Shown: positions 21,128 to 31,224 of the stretch, in pieces | Position numbering within the stretch: position 1 is the stretch's first letter | Layout: every line of letters begins with the position of its first letter | Source: an uncultured Chloroflexia bacterium | GTDB lineage: Bacteria; Chloroflexota; Limnocylindria; Limnocylindrales; CSP1-4 | Length of the DNA stretch: 64,000 nucleotides | Reading direction: 5' to 3' | Assembly (NCBI GenBank): GCA_963744095.1 | Contig: CAVUSH010000003.1 | Coordinates: forward strand, 625,334 to 689,333 | The notes under the pieces: generated by a model | What the model was told of the DNA's origin: nothing | Seen by the model: the letters and a program-made list of their open reading frames with translations, nothing else | The model's database searches: none | Made by a program: the position numbers and the translations under genes

Positions 21128-21678
21128 CGGCGCCGGCGCAGGAAGACGGCCGCCCCGCCGACGAGGACGGCGCCCAGCACGAGGATCGGGACCAGGAGGT
21201 CGCCGGAGCCGGTCGCGGGAGCCGGCTCCGGTGACGGCGCGGCGGGAGCGGGCGTCACTGCCGGGGTCGTGCTCGAGGCGGGCGTCGTGCCCGGGGCCGC
21301 CTTCGAAACCGTGAACGTGAAGGTGCCCCGCTCGACGCCCTCGTCGTCCGCCGTGACGGTCGTCCATCGCACCTCGTAGACACCCGGAGCCAGCGTCGGG
21401 AGCCCGGTGATCGCCATCCGCGTCGTCGGGCCACCGCCCGGCACGCTGCCTGACGCAATCGGCGCACCGTCGGGGCCACGGAGCTCCATGGAGCTCCGGG
21501 CGGCGTCGACCTCCTCGGTGAAGTCACCCGTGATCTCGGTCGGGGGAGCCGTCAGCGTCGCGCGGTCCGCCGGGTCCGAGGCCTCGAGCTCGGCGTGGGC
21601 GGCGGCGACGCCGGGCAGCAGGACGAGGGCCAGGAGTGCAAGGAGGGGCACCGCCGAGGCCGTTCGCGTGGTCCGCAT
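21124..21678 (-). CDS. copC: CopC-family copper-binding protein with C-terminal membrane anchor
   Basis: Signal AAA|HAEL..SDPAD, PGVYEVRW...G.F.F.V, Pro linker, TM plus RRRR. Confidence 0.82.
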   Translation of the reverse strand: MRTTRTASAVPLLALLALVLLPGVAAAHAELEASDPADRATLTAPPTEITGDFTEEVDAARSSMELRGPDGAPIASGSVPGGGPTTRMAITGLPTLAPGVYEVRWTTVTADDEGVERGTFTFTVSKAAPGTTPASSTTPAVTPAPAAPSPEPAPATGSGDLLVPILVLGAVLVGGAAVFLRRRR

Positions 21679-21759
21679 GGGCGGGAGCGTAGCAGGAAGC
21701 GCCCCGCGCCCGGCCGGGCGCCCGCCGACCCGGCGACCCGTTGGAAGAACCGCGAGCTC

Positions 21760-22563
21760 CTACAGGATCCCGGTGTCGTAGGTCAGGATGGCGGCGGCCC
21801 ACGCGGACGGCGCGTCGCCGACCTCGACGGCGACGGCGGCCGGCGTCCCCATGAGCCCTTCGACCGGCTGCGCCTCCACGGCATAGGAGCCGCCGCCGGA
21901 GACCGCGACCAGGAACGTCCCGTCGGCCGCGGTGGTGGCGCGGGCGACCTCCGCGCCGCTCGCGCCCCGGATGACCATCACCGCGCCGGCAACGGGACGG
22001 TCGGCGCAGGCCGGGTCGGGAGGAACCCGCTCGACCGGGCAGACGGGCCCGGCAACTGCCCGGCCGGCGATCCACGGCCCGCCCCTGGCGGGGATCACCA
22101 CCGGAGGGCCGGTGGCGTCCCCGTCACCGAAGCCGCCCGAGCCCGACCCTCCGTCGGATTGATCCTCGAGGGCATCACCGCGCTCCTCGACCAGGGTCAC
22201 CGCCCCCGAAGTGTCGACGTCGTAGATCCACACGTGGCGGCTGATGCAGCCGGCCTGGCAGTCGTCCCAGCCCATGGTCACGGTCACGCGCCAGCCGACC
22301 CCGGCGGGCGAGACCTCGTACCAGGCGGACTGGCCCATGAGGTCCGGGTCGAGGGGACCGATGCCGGCGAAGCGTCCCTCCTGGGCCAGGACACGCGCGA
22401 CGGCCTCGGACTGCGTGAGCGGCGCACCGCCCGACGACGCAGACGGCGTCGCGGAGGCCGTCGGGGGGGAGCCTGCCGCCGCGCCGCATCCGGCGACGAG
22501 AAGGGCGACCGCGAGGGCGGCAAGGGGGCGGAGCAGCCTCGGCTGGCGACGACGGTCGTTCAT
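21760..22563 (-). CDS. Lipoprotein with carboxypeptidase-regulatory-like beta-sandwich
   Basis: VAGC lipobox, GWDDCQAGC domain, AGPVCPVE..PPDPAC...YDTGI. Confidence 0.7.
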   Translation of the reverse strand: MNDRRRQPRLLRPLAALAVALLVAGCGAAAGSPPTASATPSASSGGAPLTQSEAVARVLAQEGRFAGIGPLDPDLMGQSAWYEVSPAGVGWRVTVTMGWDDCQAGCISRHVWIYDVDTSGAVTLVEERGDALEDQSDGGSGSGGFGDGDATGPPVVIPARGGPWIAGRAVAGPVCPVERVPPDPACADRPVAGAVMVIRGASGAEVARATTAADGTFLVAVSGGGSYAVEAQPVEGLMGTPAAVAVEVGDAPSAWAAAILTYDTGIL

Positions 22564-22683
22564 GGCTCCCAGACGGTACCGCGTCGTGACCGGTTCCGGT
22601 GACCTTCGGCGGCGCGAACCGATCCGAACGGCCGTCGAGCGCGCGGGCCCGCTCCCCCACCATGGAGGCGTGGAGGTGTCCTG

Positions 22684-23136
22684 ATGCACGGCCGATCGAC
22701 CCACGCGCCCGCGGCGCCCGTCCCCGGCGCCGAGCACGTGCCGAGTCCCGGCGAGCGGACGACGAGCCCGGGCGCCACCGGGCCGACGCCGGCCACGATG
22801 TCCCATGGACGCCTGGGGGGCGCGGTCGTCCTCCTTGCCGCTACGGAGGCCGTCGTCGCCCGGACCCGGCCGGACGGACGCGACGAGATCGCCCGGGTGC
22901 CGCGACGCAGCGGACGCGCCGGTGGCCCGACGTTCTTCCTGCGGGTCCTCCACGAGCTCGGGGACCGGGCGCCGGTCGTGATCATGGGGTCCGGGCCCGA
23001 TCGGACGGCCTTCGAGCGCGAGTTTGTGATGGTCTCGCACCGGCCGGATCGGCTCCTCGAGGACGCGAGCGTCCACGACGCCCACCCCGAGGCCCTGCTG
23101 GCCCGCCTGCGCAGTCTCCGTTCGCACCCCGGCTGA
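22684..23136 (+). CDS. Hypothetical protein, weak resemblance to small eRF1-domain-2/host-attachment-like proteins
   Basis: GGAGG SD. FLRVLHEL...VVIMGSGPDRTAFEREF resembles the ILxGPGxAKxEL pattern. Confidence 0.45.
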   Translation: MHGRSTHAPAAPVPGAEHVPSPGERTTSPGATGPTPATMSHGRLGGAVVLLAATEAVVARTRPDGRDEIARVPRRSGRAGGPTFFLRVLHELGDRAPVVIMGSGPDRTAFEREFVMVSHRPDRLLEDASVHDAHPEALLARLRSLRSHPG

Positions 23137-23257
23137 CCGTCGCGCCGAGGCGCCGGTTCGTGGAAAACCGGCTGGACCGCCGTGCCCGGAGGGGCCAGAA
23201 TGACGGACCTCCGGGGCAGCCAGCGCCCCGGTCTGCGGAGGGGGTCCGTAGCGCCAG

Positions 23258-26230
23258 ATGCGCAGGGAGCCGGCAGACACGCGCCGGGGCGGGCCGACCA
23301 CGGGCGGTGCCGCAGCGGGGATCATCCCCGCCAAAGTGCGCGCGCCGCGGGTTCGCTGGCTCGCCCGGGAGCGCCTGGACCAGCTGGTCCCCCGGCTCTG
23401 GCAGCATCGCCTGACGCTGGTCGTCGCCCCCGCCGGCTCGGGGAAGACGACCCTGCTGGCGGCCTGGGCCGGCCTGGCCGACGCCCCGGCAGCCTGGTAT
23501 CGCGCGGAGAGCGTCGACGGATCCGAGCGGAGCCTCGTGGCGCACCTCGCCGCGGCATTCGCCGCGGTCATGCCGGATGTCGAGCCGGCCTGGCGATCCG
23601 TGGACGAGGCGGCCGCCGCTCTGGACAGGCGCGCCGAAGCCCGCCTGCTCCTGGTCATCGACGACCTCCACGCCCTGACCGGGACGCCTGCCGAGGCCGC
23701 GCTCGAGCGATTCCTCGACTTCGCGCCCCCCATGCTGGCGGTCGTCGCGGGCACCCGCGTGGCCCCGTCCTTCAACCTGTCCCGCCGCCGCGTCACCGGG
23801 GAGATCCTGGAGCTCTCCGGCGACGACCTCCGCTTCCGGCCGTGGGAGGTGGAGCGCCTCTTCCGCGACTTCTACGGCGACGCGCTCCACCCCGACGAGC
23901 TTGCCCGCCTCGCCCGCCGGACCGAGGGCTGGGCTGCGGGCCTCCAGCTCTTCCACCTCGCCACGCGGGGCAAGGCGGCCGCAGAGCGGCAGCGACTGCT
24001 CGCCGGCCTCGGCCCCAGCTCACGGCTCATGCGCGAGTACCTCGCCCGCAACGTGGTGGGGGAGCTCCCCGACGACCTGCGCGAGTTCCTCGTCGGGACG
24101 TGTGTCCTCCGCCGCCTGACCGGGAGCCTCTGCGACCGACTCCTCCAACGTCACGGCAGCCGAGCGCTCCTCGAGGAGCTCGAACGGCGCAGCGTCTTCA
24201 CGGTCGCCATCGACGACGAGGGCACGTATCGCTACCACGAGGTCCTCCGCAGCCACCTCGAAGGGATGCTCGTCGAGGCGGTCGGGGAGGCGAGCGCGCG
24301 CGCCCGCGCCCGTCGCGGCGGCGAGCTCCTCGAGGGCGACGGGGCGATCGCGGAGGCCGTCGCGGCCTACAGCCGGGCCGAGGACTGGGCCGCCGTCGAT
24401 CGGCTGCTTGACCGACACGGCGAACACCTGGCGGCGGGCCAGGGCACCTGGATGGACACGCTCCCCCCAGCGCTCCTGGTCCAGGATCCGTGGCTCACCC
24501 TTGCCACGGCACGTCGCCACCGAGCCGAAGGGCGGTGGGTCCAGGCGGTCGACGCATATGGGAGGGCCGAGGCGCTCTTCGGCTCGGGGGATGCGGGGGC
24601 CGCGTGCCGCCGTGAGCGGCTGGCGGTGGCCGGGTGGCTGGATCCCCTGCCGCCACCGGCCTCAGACTGGACCGGCGCCCTCCGTTCCGCGGTGGCCCGC
24701 GATCCCCTTGTCCGGCGGCCGGCCGGCGACGACGAGCCGGGCAGGCTCGTGGCGGCAGGCCTCGGCGCCCTTGTCGGCGGGCGGGTCGCAGAGGCGCGCG
24801 GGATCCTCCGTCGTGCCCTGGACGAGGAAGCCGGCGGCCTCGTGATCGGCCTGGCTGCCGCCCTCGGCGGAGGCGTTGCCGGGCTCCTCGCCGGCGATCC
24901 GCGGGCCGTCATCGAGACGGAGCAGGCCGTCGCGACGGCCGAGCGCGCGGGCCTCGGCTGGCTTGCCCGCGTGGGTCGGGCAGCCCTCTCGATGTCGGGC
25001 GCGCCTGCGGGAGCGGAGTATGCCCGCTCGGACGCGACCGCTGTCCGCGAAGCCGCCGCCCACGACGAGGATCGCTGGGGGGAGGGCCTCGCGGCGCTCG
25101 CCGAGGGCTGGGCCGCGATGCGCGAGCCCGAGGCGGCGCTGGAACCGCTCGAGGCAGCCACGGCCCGCTTCCGCGCCCTTGGGGCGGGAAGCCTCGAGGC
25201 CTGGGCCCGCGCACTGACGGCGCTGGCGCTGGCCCGGGCAGGTGCGCCCGAGGCCCGGGAGGCGGCCCGCTCTGCCGAGGGGGTCGGGCGCTCGACGGGC
25301 ATCGCGGTCGTGGCGGCCGTCGCCCAACGGGCCCTGGCGGAGCTCGACCCGTTCGCGAACGGTGAGCTCGGGTTGGCCGCCGACGGCATCCTCGCCGAGG
25401 CGGGCGTCGCCCTGCCCGCGGGCGGCCGATCCGTCTCGGCACGCGAGGACGCCGACGGATGGCCCGCCGCGGCGGGGTCGGCCGGAGCCGGGTCGACTGC
25501 GGCGGGGTCGGTGCAGGTTCGCCTCTTCGGGTCGTTCGCGATGACCGTCGAGGGACGGCCCGTCGATCTCATCGGGTTGAAGCCCCGCCCTCGCGCCGTC
25601 CTTCGCTTCCTCGCCCTCAACGCGCGACGTCCCGTCCATCGCGAGGTCCTCCAGGAGACGTTCTGGCCGGAAGTGGACCCCGAGACCGGCGCGAGGAGCC
25701 TCCACGTAGCCCTGTCCGCATTGCGTCGTGAGCTGACGCCGCGCGCCGGGCGAGGCGCCAGCGAGCTGCTGGTGCGCGACGGGGATGCCTATCGGCTCGC
25801 CCTGCCCGACGATGCCCGGATCGACCTCGTCGACTTCGAGCGGGCCGTCCTCGAGGCGCGGACCGTCCGGGCTCGCGGGGCCACCCAGGTCGCGATCGCG
25901 GCGTTCCGGTTCGCGATCTCCGCGTACGGCGGCGACCTCCTGCCCGAGGATGGACCGGCGGAGTGGGCGGCGGTCCGCCGCGAGCGCGCGCGGGCCGAGG
26001 CCGTGGAGGCGACCCAGGCGCTCGCCGAGCTGCTGCTCGACGGCGATCCGGCGGGGGCGGCCGAGGCCTGCGCGGCCGGCTTGGCCCTCGATTCGCATCA
26101 CGACCCGTTCTGGCGGCTCCTCGCGGACGCGCGCGAGCGGGCGGGCGACCAGGCGGCCGCCACCAGCGCGCGGTCGGGCTACGCGCGCATGCTCGCCGAG
26201 CTCGGGGTCATGGCGGTCGACGACGCCTGA
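23258..26230 (+). CDS. MalT-like STAND NTPase regulator with C-terminal winged-HTH/BTAD (SARP-type) module
   Basis: APAGSGKTT, LVIDDLH, TEGWAAGL, YRYH, helical TPR-like region, VRLFGSF, FWPE, LHVALSALRR, YGGDLLPED. Confidence 0.88.
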   Translation: MRREPADTRRGGPTTGGAAAGIIPAKVRAPRVRWLARERLDQLVPRLWQHRLTLVVAPAGSGKTTLLAAWAGLADAPAAWYRAESVDGSERSLVAHLAAAFAAVMPDVEPAWRSVDEAAAALDRRAEARLLLVIDDLHALTGTPAEAALERFLDFAPPMLAVVAGTRVAPSFNLSRRRVTGEILELSGDDLRFRPWEVERLFRDFYGDALHPDELARLARRTEGWAAGLQLFHLATRGKAAAERQRLLAGLGPSSRLMREYLARNVVGELPDDLREFLVGTCVLRRLTGSLCDRLLQRHGSRALLEELERRSVFTVAIDDEGTYRYHEVLRSHLEGMLVEAVGEASARARARRGGELLEGDGAIAEAVAAYSRAEDWAAVDRLLDRHGEHLAAGQGTWMDTLPPALLVQDPWLTLATARRHRAEGRWVQAVDAYGRAEALFGSGDAGAACRRERLAVAGWLDPLPPPASDWTGALRSAVARDPLVRRPAGDDEPGRLVAAGLGALVGGRVAEARGILRRALDEEAGGLVIGLAAALGGGVAGLLAGDPRAVIETEQAVATAERAGLGWLARVGRAALSMSGAPAGAEYARSDATAVREAAAHDEDRWGEGLAALAEGWAAMREPEAALEPLEAATARFRALGAGSLEAWARALTALALARAGAPEAREAARSAEGVGRSTGIAVVAAVAQRALAELDPFANGELGLAADGILAEAGVALPAGGRSVSAREDADGWPAAAGSAGAGSTAAGSVQVRLFGSFAMTVEGRPVDLIGLKPRPRAVLRFLALNARRPVHREVLQETFWPEVDPETGARSLHVALSALRRELTPRAGRGASELLVRDGDAYRLALPDDARIDLVDFERAVLEARTVRARGATQVAIAAFRFAISAYGGDLLPEDGPAEWAAVRRERARAEAVEATQALAELLLDGDPAGAAEACAAGLALDSHHDPFWRLLADARERAGDQAAATSARSGYARMLAELGVMAVDDA

Positions 26231-26267
26231 CGGACCAGGGTGCCGGCGTCGGAGACGACGCGGTCGG

Positions 26268-28615
26268 TCAGGGTGCCGGCGTCGACGATGACCCGGCCTG
26301 CGAGCCGAAGAACTCCACCTCGGAGAGGGCGACCGGCGCGTTCGGCTTCTCGGCGGGGTAGACGGACCGGATCGTGAGGCGGACACGAGAAGCATCCGTC
26401 GCCCCGACGTCGAACGGCTGGGGCTCGGCCTGGTCCTTGAGCTCATAGCTCTTCGAGGCGATGACCGTGCCAGCCGGGTCGAGGAACTCGAAGGTGACGT
26501 CGCGCGGGCGGGCGAACGCCTTGTACTTGTCTCCTGACGCGCCGGAGGTCACCAGGATCTTCGCCACGGCTGCGGGGGGCGTGAATGCGCCCTCGATGGC
26601 CGGCGGGGACCCGTCGGCGAACGGCGCGGCCCAGAAAGCGAGGGTGCGGTCGAAGGCGAGCCGGGCTGGATTCTCCTTGGTCCCGGGACCGGTCGTCGGG
26701 CCGGAGGTGTAGACGGGGTCCGCCGACGGGACGACCACGTCCTTGGCCGAGTTGATGAACCCATTCACGGCGTCGCGCCAGCTCGGGACCAGCGCGTACC
26801 CCGCCACGAGGCCGACCATCCCGGCGAGGACGACGACCTGGAACCCTACCGAGAAGACCCGGCCGGGCTTGATCGTGCCGCCGGTCCTGCCGTCGGTGCG
26901 CATGCTCTTCGGCCGCTCACCCGCGGCGATCTTCGCCCTGGGCTTGCCGCCACCGAAGATCCGGCGATACCAGGGAACCCTGGAGAGCGCCGCGACGGTG
27001 GCCGTCGCGAGGCTCTGACCACAGCGGCGGCAGAACTTGCGTGCCGGATCGTTCCCGATGCCGCAGTTGCCGCAGACGAGGTCGCCGGGGTTGGGAGCCG
27101 GCGTGGCTTCCTGCGCCGGGCGGGGCCCGGGGCGCGGCCGTTCAGGGCCGGGCTTGACCGCCTCCGGGCGGCGTGCCGCCGGCTGGTCCGGGGGCTGGGT
27201 CGGCGCGGGGGTGGCCGGCGCCACGGGAGTCGAAGGGGACCCAGCGGTCGCGGACGTGCCCGCCGCCGCGGCGACGGCGGGTGCGCTGGGCAGGCGGGCA
27301 GGCGGCTGGGCCGGCCCGGGTCGCTGGGCCGGAGGCTGGGCCGGCGGGGCCGCGGTCGACGCGAGAGTCGGGGGTGCCGCGGCGGCCGGCGGAGGTGTCG
27401 GCAGCTCGGCAGCGACCGCCGCAGCCTCGTGCGGAGGCTCGACGGGCCTGGCTGGCTGGACGAGCGAGCGCGGCTTCGTGGTCGCTGGGGCTCCCGGCAG
27501 CATCGGGCGGATCCGGGCTTCCTTGGCCGCGGGAGGCGACGGCACGGCAGGCTCACCTACCGGCCCAGCTGTCGCGCTGCCGGGCGCGGCGGGAAGACGC
27601 TCCCCGCAGGAAACGCAGAAGACGCGTCCCGCCGGGTTCACGCGGCCGCAGGCCGGGCAGGTTGGCCCTTCAGGCAACGCATCAAGCTGCGGCGGGAGGG
27701 CCGCATCGGAGGCGGGCTCCGGGACCAGCGCGGGGGCGGGGGCGGGTTCGGGCTCGGGGGCGGGCGCGGGTTCGGGCTCTGGCGCGGGCTCTGGCGCGGG
27801 CTCCGGCTCGGATGCGGGGGCGGCTTCGGGTGCGGCCGCGGGGGCGGGTTCGGGGACGGCAGGCTCCGGCTCGGGGGCGGAGGCAGGTTCGGGGACGGGT
27901 GCTGGGGCGGGTTTGGGTTCGGGGACGGGTTCGGGCTCTGGCGCGGGCTCGGGCGCGGGCTCCGGCTCGGGCACGGGGGCAGGCTCGGGCTCCGGCTCGG
28001 GCGCGGCGGCGGGCCCGGGGGCGGGTCCTGCGATGATCCCCGCCGCCGACTCCGGCTCGGGCGCGGGCGTGGGGCAGGTTCGGGCTCCGGCTCGGGGGCG
28101 GGGGCAGGTTCGGGGGCAAGTTCGGGTTCGGGTGCGCCCGGCTCCGACTCCGGCTCGGGCGCGGGCGCCGGGGCGGGTTCGGGGACGGCGGGCTCCGGCT
28201 CGGGCTCCGGCTCGGGGGCCGGGGTTGGCTCCGGCGTGTCGTCGACGATGCGGAAGACCTTCGGGCCGCTGACGACGACAGGCACAGGCTCGGCCTGCGT
28301 GGCGGCCGTGGCAGTGTCGGCGGCGGCCTCCGCGTCGTGAAGGGCTGCCGGCTCGGCGGCCGCGGCCACCGCGGCCTCCTCGGCATTCGCGGCAGGTCCG
28401 GCCTCAGGGCCGCCCAGGCCGACGGCATCGCGGACGCGGCCGATGAATCCCGGCTGCTCCAGCGCAACGGGCGCCTCGGGCGCGACGCGCTCCGGCTCCG
28501 GCACGGGCCCGGGCTCCTCGACCCTGGTCCCGGTCCACTCGAGGAAGCTCCCACACGAGCCACAGAAGCTGTCCGACGAGTCGTTCTGGAGCCCGCACTT
28601 CGTGCAGACGATCAC
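26268..28615 (-). CDS. CisA-like CIS membrane adaptor 1: zinc ribbons, Pro/Glu linker, TM, NADase-type/discoidin-like glycan-binding domain (frameshift at 28071-28074)
   Basis: Three CxxC..N..FCxxC ribbons, single TM, C-terminal ARPRD...LKD..EPQ...RLTIRSVY...ALSEVEFF. Last gene of the baseplate operon. Confidence 0.8.
27720..28232. repeat. Low-complexity EPEPAP-encoding repeats
   Basis: Degenerate 6/12/18-bp periodicity (ggctcg/ggttcg/ggcgcg). Confidence 0.8.
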
Positions 28616-28729
28616 GTGGCGCTCCCTCGTGGACCAGGGCTCTCGACACCATCGCTGCGGTTCGGCCGCATCCCTGCGCGCATGGTAGCGCGCGCCGCGA
28701 CCCGTTCGGCTAGCCCGCTGCGGGGCGGC

Positions 28730-29269
28730 TCACGCCTTGACGATCTCGACCCGGTGTTGGACGTGCGCCGGCTTCGACGCCCCGACGAGCGCCTCGAGCC
28801 GAGCCGCCGGGACGGCCTTCGGGTCCTTCACGCGGACGCGGATGAAGAGGTCCGTCGAGGAGCCCGCCGGAATGGCGGCACCGGCGTCGCGCGACCAGCC
28901 CGCCGCGCCGGGTTCGGCGATCTCGACCTCGCCACCCGTGAAGATGGCCACGTGCGCCGCCAGCCCGGCGGCTGTACCGCGCATCCGGAACAGCTCCGTG
29001 GCGGACGCGACGAACGCCCTGCGCCGTTCGAGCGGCCACGTCTCGTCCGGCGTCGCACCGACCCAGCTCCCGATCCATTCCAGGAAGTCCTCGGGGGCGA
29101 GGGCCGGGTCCAGGTAGGCCGGGAAGCAGTCGAGCACCTGGATTGCCCCGGCCAGGACCTCATCGAACGCCGACGTGAACTGCTGGGTGAAGGCATCGTC
29201 CCGGTAGAGACCGGGGAGATGCTCGCCGATCGGGTGAGGGCTCGCGAGCCCGGGCGGCGTCCCGCGCAC
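28730..29269 (-). CDS. Phage tail protein I-like baseplate wedge subunit
   Basis: LPGLYRDD.F, YLDP..AP.DFL.W, RGT..GL, KPAH. Confidence 0.88.
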   Translation of the reverse strand: MRGTPPGLASPHPIGEHLPGLYRDDAFTQQFTSAFDEVLAGAIQVLDCFPAYLDPALAPEDFLEWIGSWVGATPDETWPLERRRAFVASATELFRMRGTAAGLAAHVAIFTGGEVEIAEPGAAGWSRDAGAAIPAGSSTDLFIRVRVKDPKAVPAARLEALVGASKPAHVQHRVEIVKA

Positions 29270-29271
29270 GG

Positions 29272-31221
29272 TCAGTCCTCCTCGACCATGAGCTGGTGCT
29301 CGTAGCTGAAGACGAGCGCATGGGGCTCCAGGTCGAGGCGCTGTGTTGCCTGGCCCCGCTGCCCTGTGATCGGGTCGGCCCCGAAGAGGCGCACATCCTC
29401 GACCAGCTCGGTCCCCCGCACCCGCTGGAGCACCGAGTAGACCTCGCCGATCTGCACCGGTCGCCCAAATGGCCACCCGGCGCCCTCCGGACCGCCGCTG
29501 ATCGGGTTGAAGTAGGCATACAGTGCTCGCAGGGCGTCCTCCTGGAGGCGACCCGCGGTCACTCGCGGCCGCCTCCGCAGGCGGGCGACGATCGTGATCC
29601 CACGGTAAACCGGCGGCTCGACGATCACCCGCGTCCCAACGACACGCGTCTCATCGAGGCGAGCGGCCACGCGGGCCAGCGTCTCGTCCGACGGGACAAG
29701 CTGCTCGAAGCGAAGGCGCGCATCGACGGCCTGCGCCGCGGGCACCACGAGGACGCGCACGGATCCCGCGTCGGCACCCTCGCCAGCCCCCACGGCGTGG
29801 ACGCGCGCCAGCTCGGGCGCCGCCTCGTGGGAAAGGTGCTCGAAGTCCTCCGTGGTGACGGCGCGCCCGCGGGAACGGAGCGTGATGGGGCCGCGGACCT
29901 TCGCGTTCTCGATCTCCTCCCCGTCGACGCCGCCTGCCATCGGCCGGCGGTTCTCCACGCGGCTCACGTACGGGATGGACGACTTCAGGATGCTGATCGA
30001 CCGCGGCGCGATGTTGCCGAGCCGGCCACCGCCCGTGAGGTAGACGTCGACCTTGATCCGGCGTCCCTTCCCGGGCACCGCCCCGTGGCTCCGCACCGCC
30101 CCGTCCGCCTCGCGGACGGCCGGGCCGAAGGAGATCTCGCCGGCGACGGCATCGAGCACGAAATGCCGATCGTCGGGCCCCGAGCCGGAGAAGTCGGGCA
30201 CCTGCGTCCACTCCAGCCAGCCGTCCTCGTCGTCCGAGACCTGCACGCCGGTGGGCCGATCGCCGGGGACCACCGGTCGTCGTCGCAGGAGGAAGCGCTG
30301 GCCGGCCACGCCCTCGGAGGTGCCGACGATCTCGTCGACGACCACGTCGGCGTGGACGGCGGCGGTCGTGCCACCAACGGTGGAGGCGGCCACGCCGCGC
30401 ACGCTCGGGGATGCGGAGTAGAACGGCTGGCCTTCCTCCGGCGCCGTGACGCGGGCGCGGAGCCACGCGGCGCGGAGCTTCTCGACGACCGAGACCGCGT
30501 GGCCGTTCGGGACGTGGAGGATCACCTCGCCGTCCCGGTTGAGGCCGCCGGTGGCGTCGCGCTCCAGCTCGCAGGGCGTCCAGGCGTCGCCGGTCCAGGC
30601 CTCCCACGCCAAGGGCGGCCAGGTGGGATCGACGCCGACGCCTTCGATCGTGCATCGAAAGTCGAGGCGAACGACGTTGGCGGGCGCCGGCTCGGAGATG
30701 CCGACGAGCAGCAGGTTGCCCGCCACCGGCGGCGCCTCGAAGGCGGCGAAGTCGCGCCCGTTCGTGGCCTCCGTGGTGCGGTCCACGTGCTTCTTGCCAT
30801 CCGGGGTGGTCAGCACGTGGGCGAGCGTCACCGGGACGATCGGGAGGTCGTCGAGCGTCGTGAAGACGACCGCGTCGTCGGTCTCGGTGCGAATCGTCGC
30901 CGCCTGCGTCCCCCCGGCGATGCGGATGGCGTCCGGTTGCGCCGCGGAGAGCCAGAACGTGATCTCGCCGCGGGCCGCCGCCGGCGGGAACAGGCGGACG
31001 CCGATCAGCTCGAGGAACTTGACGTAGTGGCGGTCGGGGACCCGGTTGAGGCGGTACAGGAGCTGGTCGGTCATCCAGGCGAAGGCCTCGATGAGGGTGA
31101 CGCCGGGGTCCGAGACGTTGTGGTCCGTCCACTCCGGGCAGCGCTGCTGGACGAGGCGCTTCGCGTCGTCGACGAGGTCCTGGAAGCGGCGGTCGTCCAG
31201 GTTCGGGACCGGCAGGGCCAT
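29272..31221 (-). CDS. Baseplate J-like assembly protein (Afp11/12-like)
   Basis: MALPVPNLDDRRFQDL, WTDHN.SDPGVTLIE, GG.D.E, RAVT.EDFE, GWPFGR. Confidence 0.92.
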   Translation of the reverse strand: MALPVPNLDDRRFQDLVDDAKRLVQQRCPEWTDHNVSDPGVTLIEAFAWMTDQLLYRLNRVPDRHYVKFLELIGVRLFPPAAARGEITFWLSAAQPDAIRIAGGTQAATIRTETDDAVVFTTLDDLPIVPVTLAHVLTTPDGKKHVDRTTEATNGRDFAAFEAPPVAGNLLLVGISEPAPANVVRLDFRCTIEGVGVDPTWPPLAWEAWTGDAWTPCELERDATGGLNRDGEVILHVPNGHAVSVVEKLRAAWLRARVTAPEEGQPFYSASPSVRGVAASTVGGTTAAVHADVVVDEIVGTSEGVAGQRFLLRRRPVVPGDRPTGVQVSDDEDGWLEWTQVPDFSGSGPDDRHFVLDAVAGEISFGPAVREADGAVRSHGAVPGKGRRIKVDVYLTGGGRLGNIAPRSISILKSSIPYVSRVENRRPMAGGVDGEEIENAKVRGPITLRSRGRAVTTEDFEHLSHEAAPELARVHAVGAGEGADAGSVRVLVVPAAQAVDARLRFEQLVPSDETLARVAARLDETRVVGTRVIVEPPVYRGITIVARLRRRPRVTAGRLQEDALRALYAYFNPISGGPEGAGWPFGRPVQIGEVYSVLQRVRGTELVEDVRLFGADPITGQRGQATQRLDLEPHALVFSYEHQLMVEED

Positions 31222-31224
31222 CGG

